From: Paraphysomonas bandaiensis | Lineage: Eukaryota; Protista; Chrysophyceae | DNA: 64,000 nucleotides | Direction of reading: 5' to 3' | Assembly: GCA_965644295.1 (NCBI GenBank) | Contig: CBFFRP010000275.1 | Coordinates: 1 to 64,000 of the forward strand | Part shown: positions 1 to 13,349 of the stretch, one piece after another | Position numbering within the stretch: position 1 is the stretch's first letter | Layout of the letters: each line of letters begins with the position of its first letter | The notes under the pieces: model-generated | Told to the model about the DNA's origin: nothing | What the model saw: only the letters and a program-made list of their open reading frames with translations | Databases searched by the model: none | Position numbers and translations under genes: made by a program

Positions 1-319
1 ATACATACATACATACATACATACATACATACATACATACATACATACATACATACATACATACATACATACATACATACATACATACATACATACATAC
101 ATACATACATACATACATACATACATACATACATACATACATACATACATACATACATACATACAAGTACATATATACATACATACATACATACATACAT
201 ACATACATACATACATACATACATACATACATACATACATACATACATACATACATACATACATACATACATACATACATACATACATACATACATACAT
301 ACATACATACATACATACA

Positions 320-351
<32 letters not shown>

Positions 352-465
352 CATACATACATACATACATACATACATACATACATACATACATACATAC
401 ATACATACATACATACATACATACATACATACATACATACATACATACATACATACATACATACA

Positions 466-497
<32 letters not shown>

Positions 498-515
498 CAT
501 ACATACATACATACA

Positions 516-547
<32 letters not shown>

Positions 548-557
548 CATACATACA

Positions 558-591
<34 letters not shown>

Positions 592-607
592 CATATACAT
601 ACATACA

Positions 608-669
<62 letters not shown>

Positions 670-711
670 CATACATACATACATACATACATACATACAT
701 ACATACATACA

Positions 712-743
<32 letters not shown>

Positions 744-805
744 CATACATACATACATACATACATACATACATACATACATACATACATACATACATAC
801 ATACA

Positions 806-837
<32 letters not shown>

Positions 838-883
838 CATACATACATACATACATACATACATACATACATACATACATACA

Positions 884-915
<32 letters not shown>

Positions 916-1159
916 AATACATACATACATACATACATATACATACATACATACATACATACATACATAAATACATACATAGATACATACATACATACAT
1001 ACATACATACATACATACATACATACATACATACATACATACATACATACATACATACATACATACATACATACATACATACATACATACATACATACAT
1101 ACATACATACATACATACATACATACATACATACATACATACATACATACATACATACA

Positions 1160-1191
<32 letters not shown>

Positions 1192-1230
1192 CATACATAC
1201 ATACATACACACACACATACATATACATAC
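1..1230. repeat. (ATAC)n tetranucleotide microsatellite, left arm of an inverted array; runs off the window start
   Basis: Near-perfect ATAC tandem with occasional ATAT/AAAT variants. Confidence 0.98.
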
Positions 1231-1954
1231 GTACGTACGTACGTACGTACATACGTACGCATGTATGTATCGTACGTACGTACGTACAGTACGTACGTAC
1301 GCACTGCATGCACGTACGTACGTACGTACGTACGTACGTACGTACGTACGTACTACGTACGCATGCACGCATGCACGTACGTACGTACGTACGTACGCAC
1401 GTAGCATGCACGCACGTACGTACGCACGTACGTACGTACGTACACGCACGCACGTACGTACGTCATGCTACGTACGTACGTACGTACGTACGCACGTACC
1501 ATGCACGTATGCACGTACGTATGTACACGTACGTACGTATGCACGCACGTACGCACGTACGTATGCACGTATGTACGTACGTATGCATGTACGTACGTAC
1601 GTATGCATGCATGTATGCACGTACGTACTGCACGTACGTACGTACGCATGCACGTACGCACGCACGCACGTACGCACGCACGCACGTACGCACGTACGTA
1701 CGTACGTACGCACGCACGTACGCACGCACGCACGCACGTACGTACGTACGCACGTACGTACGTACGTACGCATGCACGCATGCACGCACGCACGTACGCA
1801 CGCACGCACGTACGTACGCACGTACGTACGTACGTACGTACGTACGCACGTACGTACGTACGCACGTACGCACGTACGTACGTACGTACGTACGTACGTA
1901 CGTACGTACGTACGTACGTACGTACGTACGTACGTACGTACGTACGCATGCACG
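1231..1954. repeat. Self-complementary (ACGT)n core mixed with CACG/TGCA/CATG units
   Basis: Tandem tacg interspersed with cacg, gcac and catg; almost strictly alternating purine-pyrimidine. Confidence 0.95.
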
Positions 1955-2673
1955 TATGTATGTATGTATGTATGTATGTATGTATGTATGTATGTATGTA
2001 TGTATGTATGTATGTATGTATGTATGTATGTATGTATGTATGTATGTATGTATGTATGTATGTATGTATGTATGTATGTATGTATGTATGTATGTATGTA
2101 TGTATGTATGTATGTATGTATGTATGTATGTATGTATGTATGTATGTATGTATGTATGTATGTATGTATGTATGTATGTATGTATGTATGTATGTATGTA
2201 TGTATGTATGTATGTATGTATGTATGTATGTATGTATGTATGTATGTATGTATGTATGTATGTATGTATGTATGTATGTATGTATGTATGTATGTATGTA
2301 TGTATGTATGTATGTATGTATGTATGTATGTATGTATGTATGTATGTATGTATGTATGTATGTATGTATGTATGTATGTATGTATGTATGTATGTATGTA
2401 TGTATGTATGTATGTATGTATGTATGTATGTATGTATGTATGTATGTATGTATGTATGTATGTATGTATGTATGTATGTATGTATGTATGTATGTATGTA
2501 TGTATGTATGTATGTATGTATGTATGTATGTATGTATGTATGTATGTATGTATGTATGTATGTATGTATGTATGTATGTATGTATGTATGTATGTATGTA
2601 TGTATGTATGTATGTATGTATGTATGTATGTATGTATGTATGTATGTATGTATGTATGTATGTATGTATGTAT
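1955..2673. repeat. (TATG)n microsatellite, right arm (reverse complement of the left arm)
   Basis: Perfect TATG tandem of about 720 bp ending about 75 bp before the channel ATG. Confidence 0.98.
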
Positions 2674-2749
2674 ATAGAGGGGTGTGTCCATGTTCAGTGT
2701 GTCATGGACATGTAGAGTTAGACCTTAAGGACATTAGTGGATATCAATA

Positions 2750-5700
2750 ATGAGAAGCCCTCCTAATGGAAGTCTTACCCTCCAGGAGATCTTCTCATCT
2801 ATTCAAAACAAATCATATATACATTCAGTGCTTAGCGGAAGAGGTCAATGGGGAGTATTTCTAGTCAAGTGTCTGGTATGTCTCGTGTTCATATCAACTC
2901 TATCGTTTGCACTCTCTACTGTACCATCCTTACAAAAATATCAGAAATTATTTTCTGGTATTGATTATTTTTGTGTGTTAATCTTTACAGCAGGTATGAT
3001 GTACTTTCATATGCTTGTATATATATATGTATGTATAAAATAATATCTATGCAGAGTACATCATTAGAGTATATGTATCTGAGAAACGTGTGGAGTATAT
3101 ATGTCAAGCAATGTCTTTAATTGATCTAGCGTCCATATTACCCTCATGGGTGAATATGTGTTCAGCAAATGATCTTCCTCGATTACAATTTATGCGATTA
3201 TTGCGATTGTTTAAGTTTTTGATATCGACTAAACGGGGCAGTAAAGCCGTAGATGCTTTCCACACAAGCTGGGTTGAAAATTACTCCCTTATGCTAGCAG
3301 CTAGTTACGTGGGTATGTCCCTGTGGTTGCTAGCCTCTTCTTTGCAGTATTTGATCGAGTATGACAACGATGACATGCTCTGGTGTTACCCTGAAACAAT
3401 CACCAATGGTGATGGGTGTGTGTGCGACGATGAGGCTTGCACCGGACCTACTTGCATCTGTGTACACCGCTATGGATCTCTTCCCTCCGCACTCTTCTAT
3501 ACTCTCATGGAATTCAGTGGTACGTATATGTTGGCCAGTCAACACAGTTGCTTCGGAAGGGTTGTGGCCACGTGCACTGCAGTAATCTCGGTGGGTATCT
3601 TCGCCGTGCCCACCAGCCTCTTTGCCGCGGCGTTGAACGAAGCTGTATGCGTAATTCATGACGCCAAAAGTGATGTCGATGAGATTGCCCCTGAAAGTGA
3701 TGAGGAGCGCTGGAGCTCTTGCAGTGAAATTTCACGCTCCACTAGCGACAGCAGCAGTTCGCCCTTGTTTGAGACCAATAATCTTCATCGGATTGCTCTT
3801 CAGGCTTCTGCTGTAGCGACGTCCATGTATTCGACGTCTCGTGTGCCGCTATACACACTTACTCCGTGGTATGCCAGTCTTACCAAGGCGCTTATTTCCG
3901 CGTCGGTTGTATCCTCCATAGTTGGCACTGTCCATTTGGAAAGCTACGTAGGATTCATGGGCAGGAATGTCGCAGTGTATATGTTTTTATTTGTCGACAT
4001 TATATGTGCTACAGTATTTGGATTTGAACATATTGTGCGCGTGGCTGCCTCAGGTCCTAGAAAGACACTGCGACACATGTTTGATGTACTCTCTTTGGCT
4101 GACCTATTATCCTGGGCTCCCTCTGTTGTTCTGCTGTGTGGAGCCATCACGGAACCACCTCCTGCAGTGTCTCTTACCATTGCATTTTTTCGGCTAATCA
4201 AGTATGAGCGACATACTAATGGGTTTTGGATCCTGTTTAAAGTAATCGAAAACTCCTGGGGCCTCTTGTCTGTTGGGGGGACGGCCACTGTATGCATTGT
4301 CATGTTTGCGTCGACACTTCTCTACTATACAGAGAGCCAGAACCCGGACCCAAATGTCCGCAGGTACTATGATACTGTACCAATGGCTCTTTGGACAACG
4401 ATGATAAACATATCTGGCGCACCAGTGGTAGACTATTCTCCTCTGGGTAAGTTTGTAGCATCTTTCCTGGCGCTTCTATCGGTTGCGGTTTTTGCGGTGC
4501 CGATTGGAGCAATTGGCAGCGATTTCCAGACTGTTATGGACGATATGTCAGAGTTTCAACAGCGACAGGCTACCATACATGATTTGGCGCAAAAAACATG
4601 TTCTGGACTCTCCGACGGAGAGAGCACTGCGATGCGCCATGCACTTAGCCTGAACCCGGTGCGCTCTGTGTCTACTTACGACAATGATGAGAACGCACTA
4701 TCTGTAAGTGTGAAACGAAGCCAATCATTCTCTTATGGAAGTGTGGGTAGCGTGGCTGGGCAGTCTACATGTACCTCATATCCATCCTCAGGTCTATACT
4801 CATCGCTACCGCCTGAAGAAGGCGATGACACAGAACATGTTCGCCATTCTAATCTCCCCTTCCAGAGATGGGTACAACAGATGCTACAACAGGGATCGAA
4901 TTCCAACATCGGTGTATGGTTCACGAGAGTATCAGTTGGAGTGACACTCCTCAGCACAGTTGTAGAGATTGTGACAACTTGCGCGTTTGCTAGAACTAGT
5001 ATTTGCCAGACGCGAATATCCGTTATTGAATTCGTAGTAGTTATGTGGTTCTCTTTTGAGTACATTATACGTGCTTGCGCTCATGGTTTTGAGTACATGA
5101 CATCCAGTCTTGGTATGCTAGATGCAGCCACAACGCTACCATGGTATGTAGCCCAAGTAATTCCCGTGGTTGACAGGTATGATGGCTTTCTGAGGGCTTT
5201 TCGGCTGCTGCGAATTCTTCGGTTAGATGCATATATGCCAAGGTAAGAGTTTCGGTTGTATATCGGTTGTATAATTTTATGATTATCATGTATGTGTGAA
5301 CTTATGCAAAGAATATTCTGAAAGTATGTAACCTAGCCTGTCTCTAATTGACGACGCGATCGAAGACTGCTCTCGTGGCCTTTCGTTGGCACTCTATGCA
5401 TTCCTGGTATTGTGGTTTTCTTTCAATCAGTGGATGTATCTTGCTGAACGGTACGCCGCCAACACGGAGGCGAGTCATTTCGGAACCGCACTGCAATCAC
5501 TTCAGTACAGTGGAATGCTTTTGACTGGTAGCTACGGTCAGATGGATTTGACTCTGGCAGGTCAACTCTGTTGCTGTGTTGCTATCATTGCTGCTGTCGG
5601 AATTGCCACTGTACCGGCATCCATACTTGCCACTGCATTTGTCAACGTTTTACGTGAGGAAGCTGAGATCAATCACAAGAGAAAACTTGAGGTTGCATTG

Positions 5701-6546
5701 ATGGCACAAAAGTTGTTTCGTTTTAGGCAGACTACTATACACTCGATGAATTCTTTGGTGCGTAAGGTGGTCGTGAAGAAGCGATCTGAAGAATTAACTG
5801 GGATAATATACAAGTGGATGAACAATAGGTCTCTTTCATGGTATCCCAGTATAAATATATTTGTAATTTTGGTCAACACTGCGTTGATAATACTGAGCAC
5901 GGTGGCTGCTGTGAAACATGCGGTACCCCATATCTTCTGGCAGGGATGTGAGGTGATATTTGTTTTATATTTTACCATGGATTACGCTCTGACACTTATC
6001 ACGATTCGGCACAACTTATCCTTTGGTTGCAGTATAAAGAAGTACATGTTGTCATTCTCGGGTATTGCAGCTTTTGTCTCGATCGCTCCTTTTTATGCAC
6101 ATCAGTTACACTTGTTGTTGCGGCCTGGCATTGTGTATCATCATAAGACTGTGGTTGCTATAGAAATACTTCGTATATTTCGTGTAGTCGGACTGGATAA
6201 GTACATAAGGTCGTTCTATTATCTGAGTAGTGTACTCGGAAAAGTAGCACCGGTCTTAACTGCGGCAGGAATTGTTGCACTCGTTGTATGGGTAGGGGCC
6301 GGGACGCTATTCTACTTTTTAGAACGTAACTCAACTGACACTGTGTTTGTCTCTATTCCGATGTCGCTGTATTATTGTGCGATGTTCCTAGTTGGAGATT
6401 GGGAGGTTATTGATTTCTCTCCTATAGGGTCTGTCTTATGTGTGTTTTTGTCATTATTTGGAGTTACACTCTTTGCCGTTCCGGTAGGCATTCTTTTTGA
6501 AGGTTTCCAGGATGTTATGACGGAAAGCCATATTGTGGCTTCGTGA
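2750..6546 (+). CDS. Four-repeat (4x6TM) voltage-gated K-channel-like protein, 1213 aa; exons 2750-2993, 3055-5242, 5337-6546
   Basis: Two GT-AG introns join three ORFs in frame (IFTA/EYIIRV; DAYMP/SLSLID). Four S2 motifs (F..EY..R), four S4 segments (RLLRLFK, FFRLIKYER, RAFRLLRILR, ILRIFRVV) and four S6 segments (AVPT/AVPI/TVPA/AVPV). Confidence 0.85.
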
Positions 6547-8817
6547 GTAAATTAGTTTCAGTAGGGGGCCTCGCAGTGACTTGGGAAACGTGAGATTTAT
6601 TCTGATTCGCGTGCCATTCTGATTATAAATGTTATATTACACACACTTGTTATGTATATTTTTTTGTAGTGATATATATGTATACTTTACATATGCACAG
6701 CTTCACATAGCTTCGTTTCTATGTTGCGAATTCTGAAATTTCAAAGCTCAGAAGTAATAAACTGATCGTAAACAAAACACATTCTCAATTAAATGAAATT
6801 GTGATAATATTTTCACATCATTTATAGTTGTTTACTTTATTGATGTTGCCAATACCACCAATCAATAGCTTACGATCTTCAATAGACATGATCCTATACA
6901 GTCAATATATTTTAGTTTGTCTAGACTAATTCTTATCATTCTATTAACTTCGTATATACTACTTTTAACTCTTGCATTCTATATTCAACGGGTATAATTC
7001 AAAAAAACCTAAAAATATAGCTTTTAATAAGCAAACTCAACAAGATGTGTTATATATAACATAGATACTTAACCTTGCTGTATGGAGATGTGTCATATTT
7101 TGCTCTATATACTCCTACTGCTACACTTACTGAGAAAAGTGGTGAAGGTGGGGTCGCTTTATAAGAAGCACTCATTGGATTAGGCGAATTGCTGGCTCGA
7201 AATGTCCCACTTGCTCGTGGGAAGTAGTGCTTCTTTTAAGGCATTCTAACTGAGTAAAAACACACTATATACTATATACCATTGTTAATATTTGATTACT
7301 TTATACTTCAACGTGTCGATTACATGACTTACTACTGAGAGTATTTCTCATGTAATGGAAAAGTAAATGAAACAATCATCGATACATCTCGCAGAAAGTA
7401 AACAGTAAAGTTGGCAACGATGAAAAAAATAATAAAAAGATATTTGGTAAGCCATGAGTTACCTCATAAGTGTTAGATTTGATAGTGCGTTGTGAATATG
7501 ATTCAATCATTTCATTTGAACTTCTTCCCTTTTTTCTTTCGAAGATCTCTCAGTATTCGTTCTCATTTCAGCTATATTTCCATCGGTAAAAACTAAGCCA
7601 TCCATTGTCTCCCATTATCATTATCACTGATATTGTCTAACTCTTTCATCTTAATTCTCCTTACAGTTCCACGATTCCATCACAGCGATCATCTTCTCTC
7701 ATCAGTGTGATCTCTATACAGAATCAGAATCTCTTACAGTTATCTTCTTTTAATATTTAATTGAATTATATTCATGTAACTCATTCTTTGAATTCAGTGT
7801 TAAGATAAGTGAGATCTCTCTAGTGATACTCGTGAGATGAGATGAATCTTCTGAGTAACCATCTCAATGGATTGATTCATATATATTACTGTCATCCTTT
7901 ACATGTGATAATATGTCTGATATGTTCCTTAATAGACTCGTAAGGAGAATTCATAAGTAGATACTGTCTTATTGTGGTCAGGGTGGGTCTTATTTAGGAA
8001 AACTGAATTTCTGAATACTGAATTCTGAAAATTCAGTGGTCAAAAATGGCTTTTTTGGTGACTTATTAAGCAAAACTGAATTCTGAACACTTAATATAGC
8101 GATAAAATTCAGTGTTCAGTGTCGATTACTGCAATAAAAATCCATCTGAAAATGCTTTTTCAGTGAGAGGTCGGAGCACTGAATCAGAGTGTTGAATTCA
8201 TCAGTGGGATATCTAGATACGTGAGCCTCCTACCATATATATATACAGAGGTAGCCAGGTGCTGTCTACAGAGATTCTGTATGTCATAAGTATAAAAGCG
8301 TGTTTTGCGGTGGATTTTATGAGGAAAATCAGAAAACCCCAAAGAAAATCCCCCTAAAAAAAGGTGATACCCCAATTTGGTCATGAAAATCCCCATTCAC
8401 TGCACATCATATGTATGTACAGAGTATACCTGTATATATATATATATATATATGGTGCAGCATGTGGTCAAGCAACACTTGCATATATATATATATGAGA
8501 TGATCCACACAACAATTAATAGACTACTTACACATATCTCTTATTCATCATCCACCTAATCAACTTAGATTCAATCTACTATGATAGTTTCTATCTACCC
8601 ACTGTATCAGATGTCTCTTAAGGCTTCCTTATCATTCCAAGGACACTGCTTGGACTGTCTCTATTACAACACATCAGTTCCATGAATTGAAGGAGTTCAT
8701 TGTGGGACACATATGATTGATCCCATGATATACACGACACTGTTGTATCAGATTTTTAATGATATTTAATAATTTTGGATGGTTACTCTGTCATTATTTT
8801 GAGATCATCGTTACAGT

Positions 8818-9738
8818 ATGACAACTCGGAATTATAATACAGAAACTTCGCAGGTAATTAATGAGCTTCTACGTAAATACGAAGTCGTTATTGAATTTGA
8901 GGAAGGATCCAGCCAGTTTGACAAAGGATATCAATTTTTTAATGCCAAGGCCTTGTACTCAATCGCTAACATGCTGCGTATTGGTTCCAGCAATTCTTCT
9001 ATTCAGAAGTTAACTGTCGTTCGATCACTCAGTTTTATTGTTGAGCTACTCACAATGTGTTCTCTTAGAAATATTTCTATACTTAAGGAAAACTTATGTG
9101 GGTGCCTGTTTGCGGATGTATTGGCGGAACGTCTTTCTGACGTTTACCTCGTTTTTGATGATTGTCCTGTGTGTATTGGACTAGTGGGTGCATCTCTTCA
9201 GCTTTTAATGGAAAATGGTTATGCAGTGAAGTGCAACGAAAAGTCTGTGATGTTTTTAAAACATATTACTATCAAAATGCTTGGAACGCGAAGAAATACA
9301 ATAGAGTTGTACCACTTCGGAGCAGGGGTAAGTGTCCTGCAGCATTCAAAGGTCTTTCTACGAAACGATATATATGGTGCTCTGTGTATTCTTATCAGTA
9401 TATCATCCGAGAGACTCAAAAGCACACGATTAGCTCGTGAACTTCTTACGTTAGCATTGGTCTATGACTGGAGGAATTCGGGTGTACCTCGTGATAATGA
9501 CTTTTCAATCAACACGTGGCGAGCAGTCCTGACATGTTTAGAGTTTCACTTCATGGACCGTCGAATGGTTGTCCGTGCTGGATTGGCTTTATGCGGAATG
9601 CAACCTCATTGCCCTTTGCTGGAAGCGGAATTACAGCTGTATAATGTTAGGTGTACTCTCGATACATACATAGCTCAACACCAATATCACACTGCAGTGA
9701 GGGCGGTTTTCAAGGATTTATTTCAAAAGCACAGATGA
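8818..9738 (+). CDS. Hypothetical protein, possibly armadillo-like helical repeats
   Basis: 306-aa uninterrupted ORF; segments such as WRAVLTCLEFHFMDRRMVVRAGLALCGM resemble degenerate ARM repeats; upstream exons not excluded. Confidence 0.55.
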   Translation: MTTRNYNTETSQVINELLRKYEVVIEFEEGSSQFDKGYQFFNAKALYSIANMLRIGSSNSSIQKLTVVRSLSFIVELLTMCSLRNISILKENLCGCLFADVLAERLSDVYLVFDDCPVCIGLVGASLQLLMENGYAVKCNEKSVMFLKHITIKMLGTRRNTIELYHFGAGVSVLQHSKVFLRNDIYGALCILISISSERLKSTRLARELLTLALVYDWRNSGVPRDNDFSINTWRAVLTCLEFHFMDRRMVVRAGLALCGMQPHCPLLEAELQLYNVRCTLDTYIAQHQYHTAVRAVFKDLFQKHR

Positions 9739-10129
9739 ATTAAAGAAGTTACATACCAAAAGATATCATACGTTTTTTCCTATTACATTTTTTCCTATTA
9801 CAGTTTTAAAGTGCGTACTCAATTTTTATTTCAACTTGTCAGTTTTAGACTGATACGTGTTAGTATTTGTTTGTATTTTAATATTATATCTAAATATTCA
9901 GAGATACCATGATGCTTAGCTAGCATCCGTAATTAAATTGGAATTTGAAAGTAGGCATTTCATTTAGTAATATTGACATTATAATGTACAAGCAGAGTTA
10001 AAGTGTATAGACCACACACATGCGCTAAGACTGAGCAAAAACAAATACAATTTCCAGTGATATTAAAACATCAGTTAGTTACAACATTAATAAAAAGGAA
10101 TGGATACGCTACTTTGACAATTTAATACT

Positions 10130-13063
10130 TCAAAGAAAATTGCGAATTTCATTCAAAAGTGGGCCGTATGACTGTGCACGTCCATAGCATACATGGCCAA
10201 TCGATGTGAGCTCCCATTTCGATAAAATATGTGGTCTATGCAGTTTGCACATAATCACTGCAGTTTTATCGGCGGTATCATTATCTTCTAATTTATAGCG
10301 ACACATCTCCGTGTCACTATCAGGGTCATGTAAGTGGGCAGACGGCTGAAAGATTTCTTTCAAACTAGTTGTCCACGCTGAAACAGTAAAAAATAAGGAT
10401 GCGACACTACTAGGCAGTTTACTCATGTCGATGTTAATCGTATGGGACCCGATACCAGAGTGTTCATCAATAACATCACCGCTGTGTCTCACGGCAGCGG
10501 ATCTGCAATATCGTTTGCCCCAAGAGCTACTGGAGTAGTCAACCGTACCCACATGGTTACCAGAAAAGTCGTATATCAGACACGATGCGTCCAGATAGAT
10601 AACCGGGCCATCGAATTTCCACTTCTCGAGCATTTGAACATTTCTAAGGTTAGGAGCTGCAGAGTAGGACTCTCCTTTGAGCAGAATCCGTGATACACCG
10701 GACCGCATCACATTCTGAAATATCGTGTCTCTAGAATGATAGCCCTTGTTGAGAGAGTTTCCAACTGCAGTCTCTAAGGCTAAAAGCAGCTGAGATTTGG
10801 AAGGAAGTGGGATTCCAGACATTTCAAAGAACTGAGGCCAAGATTCAAGGGTAAGAATTGACTCAACGCTGCGTTGCCATTGTCTTCGAATGTAAAGAGG
10901 AGGTCTTCCCTGAAAAGTGTCATACCGATCTATACAGTAATCGAGTTTGCTCCTTGAGCCTCCCCCATTCACCAGTAGAGAGAGGAACAGCGAGTGAAAG
11001 AGGGTGAGACGCATAGAAACCTTTTGAACTTCAAAGTATTTTTCAAGTCTACTCTCATCGCCAGGGGTAACAATGGCCAACGAAGGATCTCGTGAGCATG
11101 CCCACAGCACTGACCGATCAAACGATTCCTTGATATATATCATCGCAATTGATTTCCAGGAATAGGTGTCGCTCACTGAGAGGAGAGACAGGAGTTCTCC
11201 CAGTGAAGGAGTATGTTTCTTCACGCGCTTTTCCGGTTTCTTGACAAAATCATCCAGTCTACATCGAACAAGTGCTCGAAGCTGCGGAAATTTGTCCACT
11301 ACGCCAAGTAGCAAGCGGTGTAGCTGGCAGTAACCAGTTAGTGCAACGTCCGAGACCGCCACACCTTTATCCATTAATAATACGACTTGCGTATTCATCA
11401 TTTTGGTTATCACACACAAAACCATCTCCGGGTCAGTGTGTGGGGTCCAGGCTGACTCCAAAATAGGTTCCTGCTTAACAGTTTCGTTGTTCTGACACCT
11501 GCGCCAGCTCTGGTCGCTACTGCTCTTACACCTGCGCCAGTTCTGGTCAATACTGCTCTGCTGTTGGCGACAGGAACGAGTCCCCTCTTTGACAACCTTG
11601 CTGCAGGTACTAATGAGTGTTGCTAAACCTTTGTCGAAGTGTTCTTTGTCAAGGAATATTGGAAGAAAGCTCGTGAACTTTTCACCCCAAACAGTGCGTC
11701 TCACTCCCTCACTCTTGAATGATTCTAGACTTAGTATATCGAAAGTAGATGTGACGTAGTCAAGGCTACCCGTTTTGGGATTAGTAGTGTAGGTGATAGG
11801 AAAACCAAGAACTGAATCAGCCTTGGTGCTTAGAGAATGAAAGCAAGTGAGATCTTGTGAAAGACAGTTTGCCTCAAGAATGTAGGCAATCCTCCATGCT
11901 AAAGTAGTTCCAGAAGGAGACAGCGCAGACCTTGGGTAACGAGTCGCGAAGAGTGTGCGCCAAACTAGCCAATCGTCAGTCATATCAGCCATCCCACGAC
12001 AAGTAGATCCAACAGCGAGAATATCATTAACAGAAAGATAGGAGAGCACTGCAAGGGCAGTGTCGCGAGATAATGTACGGAACAAGCCCATATTACGATC
12101 TGTAGCTCCCATAAGCCCCGCAGTAGACTCCCGATTTGCTTTCCCGTCACTATTCTTAAAATTTGATATATCTGAGTAAGTTAAAGAATCTTTCAAAGCA
12201 AGATATGGGTTACTGTCTACCACAACATCTCGGGACGAAGTAGATGTCTGAGCTTGGCTCGGGGTGGTTTGGCGTCGTCCAACTGTGATCCATTCGGATT
12301 CCTGACTCATGGGAGCAGTATGTTTAGCATTTTCCTCATAATTGGTTGTCGAGCTTTGAGCAGAGTCAGTATATACCTCACCCTGCTTGAACTCTGATTG
12401 CTGCTTCTTACGCTTGGAAAACATTCGAGCATACAGCTTCTGTGTAGTCTCCCCTGATATCTGTACTGAGGGAAAGCTTAGAGGAACATTTTCTACTTCT
12501 ACGAGACTTGGCAGTAAAGGCTTAGGAGAAGTGCGAGTATGTCCACACGCTGCACACTCGTATGCAGTAGATTCTGCTATTGTGCGGGAAATATTTCCGG
12601 TTGAAATCTCTATTGGTTGCCCATCAGCGAGAATAAATGATGTAAGCTGGACAAGCACAGAGCGGACAGAAAAAGCGGATGACCAATATCGGTAAGGAAT
12701 TGTCACAGAACTAATAGGAGCTGTCTCTAACATATCTAAGCAAACTTCCCAGGATTCATCTCGCCTCAATATGTTGAGGTGCGGGATATAGGAGCACATC
12801 CTAACTCGAGGAGGGAAAGAAGGGTAGCCAGCTGGGAAAGTAATCACGAAATGAACTACGATGTCTTCAAAACTACTTCCCTCTGAGCCCGTTATGTTGC
12901 CATGCCTATGACCACTCAGACACTATATATACATACATGCATATGCTTACCACTCATTCAGATCTTCTCCACGTAGAGGTTCAACGCTGATATTGGCTAC
13001 AGGGCAACTCTTCACCTCCGCATACTCTCTCATCAAACGAGTAGATCTCAATTGGCGGTGCAT
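10130..13063 (-). CDS. Ubiquitin-conjugating E2 domain + F-box + uncharacterised helical domain + TerD domain fusion; intron 12906-12950
   Basis: Spliced N-terminus MHRQLRSTRLMREYAEVK...DLNEW/HGNITG...FPAGYPSFPP...HLN...VCLDML (UBC fold with catalytic Cys); F-box-like LSRDTALAVLSYLSVNDILAVGSTCR; TerD-like YLDASCLIYD...VRHSGD...INIDMSKLP...LFFTVSAW. Confidence 0.85.
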
Positions 13064-13349
13064 TATTGCTTGGAGTTAAGTCCCGTGACGATAACAACAA
13101 GCAATAATGAGCATATAGCATATCTATATTACTGCACATTTCCACTGATTGCATTTCCTGGAAATGGAAAAAATATTCTCCATGTTGGACTATTTTTACT
13201 GGAATTTATATAGATGAAAAAAACAAGGTAAATTAGAATAGAAAAATGTAAAATACCTACATTTACATGGATTTCCATACATTTGGTAAGCTGAATACCA
13301 GAATATTGTACAAAATATTATAAACCTACACTGCTACACTGATCATATT

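Noticed and set aside
1-1230. Telomere call for (ATAC)n
   Set aside because: No G-run telomere motif, the same repeat occurs internally at 55318, and the position on the chromosome is unknown
1265-2750. Six long ORFs (YVRT/YVCM/HTYI repeats)
   Set aside because: Stop-free translations of the microsatellite in all frames; not genes
3330-5289. Antisense and nested ORFs within the channel and other large genes
   Set aside because: Shadow ORFs of real CDSs with no independent motifs
7480-8760. Possible decayed coding or TE sequence
   Set aside because: Protein-like stretches are interrupted by stops and have no recognisable motif
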